From NCBI GenBank assembly GCA_043228905.1, contig JBHGNT010000006.1, positions 13,950,001 through 14,014,000 on the forward strand: a stretch of DNA of 64,000 nucleotides, in the 5' to 3' direction. The notes below the pieces were generated by a model that did no database searches, was not told where the DNA came from, and saw nothing but the letters and a program-made list of their open reading frames with translations. Made by a program: the position numbers and the translations under genes. Shown piece after piece: positions 61,144 through 64,000 of the stretch (the first letter of the stretch is position 1; every line of letters starts with the position of its first letter). This DNA comes from Azolla caroliniana (taxonomy: Eukaryota; Plantae; Polypodiophyta).

Positions 61144-64000
61144 TGTCGTGAAGAAAACCATCCCTTAGCGCAATCAGTGCATAGCGCGCGTGAACCGGCT
61201 CTTCACGCGTGCGCGCCCTTTAATGTATATAATAGAGAATTAGGTACAAAGGTATATCCTAGGTAGTTAGATTCGGTAGGTAGGAAGTTAATGAGGGAAA
61301 CGGCTCCCTTCTTGAAGCTATAAAAGAGAGGGAGACGCGGGGAGAGAGGGGAGAAAAAGGGGGCATTGAGGAGGACGAAGTGTTGTCGGACCGAAACCGA
61401 ACGCTTCTCCTCTATTCGTTCTCCATCGCTCTTCTCTGCAGGTTTTCGGGAGGCTCGCACTGCTTCGAGGAACGCCCGTGTGCTTCCGGCAACACCTCCA
61501 TCCTATCCCCTTTCGTGCGCAGACGAGCAGGCATCGGCATCTGTTCGCCGGCCTGTTCGGTTGTAACCGCTCGCGTGCTCTGTTATTTATTTGTCATTCG
61601 TTAATATACAAACATCTCTCTGTCTCTGTGTCCATTCGTGTCTTCCGCGTTGACGGGCCGTGTCCCTGTGTTTCCTTGCTCATACGTAACCGGGCGTCTC
61701 TCTCTTTCTCTTTCCCCTTCTATCACCTGCTCTTCGGTTCAAGACCCCGGTGGTCCCGCCTCGTTTCTCCACGCACGCACGTAGTAACGCGACATCTTTG
61801 GTGAACCCGACGTGAACAAGGCGGCAGAGGAGCAGAAGATGAGGGGTTCGGATCTTGCAGAGGCCATGGCTTCGGCCGTGGACCGGATAGTGAGCGCGCG
61901 CGAGTGCACCAACGCCCTTGACAGGGCTATTGAGGCGATCGTCGGTACGATCGGCCGGTTCAGTGGAAAGGATGCCACGAGTTATTTGGCATCCTACCGG
62001 GCGGAGATGTTGATGAGGGATATTCCGGAAGAGAGGCGTCTTGCCAGATTCCCTCGAGTGGCGATGCCGGGCATCCATGCGGAGGTGGTCGAGGTCCGGG
62101 CGGAGAGCCGGACCTGGGAGGAGTTCGAAGGACGGCTCCTGGAGAAATACGAGCTGGATGACGCGCTTTGACTTTCGAAGCGGGGCTTCCTGGAGTGGGT
62201 GGAGTCCCCCAACAAAGGAAGAAATGCGTCGGTACTCCTCCGGGAGTTTGAGGAATGCTTTGCGCGCCTTTCGGCGCTTGATCGGACCGTTCTGGACACA
62301 AGTCGTGTCCTACTGTTTGTCAAATCGGTTGACGCACGGGATCGGGAGCAAGTGGGCTCCTTACTGGAAACCGAAGACGGGCTGACGGCCGACTGGGCTG
62401 CGGTAAAAAGAGTCTGTGGCCGTTTTGACAAACGGCAGGAGTGGGCTGATACAGGGGCGACCGGGGCAGGTCCTGTCGCAGCAAGGAAGCTCGAACCGAT
62501 ACCACAGGCGCGAAGGGAAGAGACCCGGGAGTGGCTCGAAACCGGTTCGGCTTCGACCGGCATGGTCAGAGGCTCGTCCGGGGGAACAGCTTTGGACGAG
62601 TTGACACAGTCGGTAAAGGATCTCCAGATCGCCCAGGCTCGGAGGGAAGGCCGCGAACAGGCTCGTGACCGACGGCCTCCGGCAGGAAATAGGTGCTTGT
62701 GGTGCGACGGGGTCGGCCACATCCGGAAAGACTGCGGGGACTTTGCGGAGGCGTTGAGAAGCCGGGTAGTGTACCTGTGGGAAGGTCCGGTGCACGCCAG
62801 CGATACCCGGAGGGCCCTGAACCGAAACGACGGGCGAGGAGGAATGAAAAGGCTGATGGAAGAGGCGGTGACCCGGCACGCGGAGACCGTCCACTACTCG
62901 GCGTCAGCCGGTATTCGGTTCGGAGGTAGCGAGGCCCGGAAGGAGAGCAAAGCCGGGTTCTGGCCGACGATGCTGGAAGGCCTCGCCGGTGCCCGACTAA
63001 GGAAAGACGAGGCGGACCGCGCGGAGAAGCGGGTCCAGGAGGAGTGACCCGATCGAAGAAAAGACGGGTTTCGTCGAAGCAGCTTGCCAGAACTACGAGG
63101 CTCTGGTTGAAGACAAAGAGGTAGGTAAAACTGGAGGGGCCGGACCCTCACAGAGATACGAAACCCGATTCGGGCCGAAACGGAACGAGGCCAGTGAGAC
63201 CAGTGCCCGGGATAACCACAAGAAGGGCGGATACCGGTTGGGCACGGAGATCGAAAGGACCACGGACCTACGAAAGGTCCTAGAAGAACGAATCCTCGAC
63301 AACAAGGTGGAACTGTCGTTGCGGGAGGTGCTCGGAATTGCCAAGAAGGAGTTCCACGACTCCATCGTAAACCCTAAACCCTAAACCGGAAAGGCCGGTG
63401 GAGGTGCGGACGACGCACATAGAGGACATGGCGCTAGAAGACGAGTGGGTGGAGAGCCACTATTCGAGGCCACACTGGGCCCAAGCGAGCACGGAAACCC
63501 CGGTGAAGATCGGAGATGTTTAGGAACCGGTGGTGGCGCTGGTCGACCACGGTTCGGAAATAAACCTAATGTCCATGGACTACTACAAGAAGGGGAAATG
63601 GCCGATCAACACCAAGCACGGGTGGAAGATACGGGCGGCGACGCGCGCCACGGAGGAACTACACGGGGCCTACCCAAACGTGCGAGTCAAGATCGGCGAC
63701 GTCGAGATAGACCAACACTTCTTTGTGCAGGGGACGTCCTCGCACCCGGTCATACTAGGAGAACCGTACATTACGGCAGCGCGGATGGAGACCAAGGTGC
63801 TGGACAACGGGTCGGCTTACGCGAGGGTCAAGAGTCAGGACGGGCGTCATTCGGTCGAGTTCCTGACGGTGCGACCGAACCACGAGCGAAACCGCGAGTC
63901 CCTCGGTGGCGAGAACCGAGAGGATTCTTAGAGAGAGCTGTCAAGGTGTGGGGCCGCGATAGTCCGGACACTCCGGGAAAACCCCACAAATGTACGATAG
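61144..64000 (+). mobile_element. Ylt1-like gypsy element with tRNA-Trp PBS (5' LTR, gag, Zn knuckle, protease), running off the window
   Basis: LTR 61144-61794 (TGTCG...CGACA), PBS 61799-61816, gag FSGKDATSYL, CLWCDGVGHIRKDC and protease ALVDHGSEINLM; several stops. Confidence 0.88.
63368..63387. repeat. Interstitial plant telomere repeat (CCCTAAA)n, about 2.9 units
   Basis: taaaccctaaaccctaaacc embedded in GC-rich gypsy coding sequence. Confidence 0.7.

Overview
This 64-kb window has no recognisable host gene. It is a pile of nested, partly decayed plant LTR retrotransposons. A moss/bryophyte heterochromatic, possibly pericentromeric, region is inferred from the Tcn1-like chromoviruses and the plant-type telomere motif. 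Five groups are visible. (1) One Ty1/copia family (tRNAiMet PBS) occurs in at least five copies and forms the scaffold. (2) A second, truncated Tnt1/Tork-like copia. (3) Athila/OTA-like gypsy elements with a tRNA-Arg PBS and a long 3' extra ORF, plus a gag-only derivative. (4) Tcn1-like chromoviruses with an apparent self-priming site and a -1 frameshift signal. (5) A fungal-Ylt1-like gypsy lineage with a tRNA-Trp PBS and 4-bp TSDs, including two very young gag-only (TR-GAG-type) elements. The most unusual signals are: (a) the OTA-like elements lack a polypurine tract and instead carry an inverted tRNA-Arg PBS 2 nt from the 3' LTR, suggesting tRNA priming of both cDNA strands; (b) a shared tRNA-like Pol III A-box/B-box module sits antisense in the U3 of two unrelated gypsy lineages; (c) all four Trp-PBS-lineage insertions sit at CpG-centred 4-bp targets. 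tRNA assignments rest on recalled plant tRNA 3' ends and need database confirmation. Coordinates were counted by hand and may be off by a few bases.
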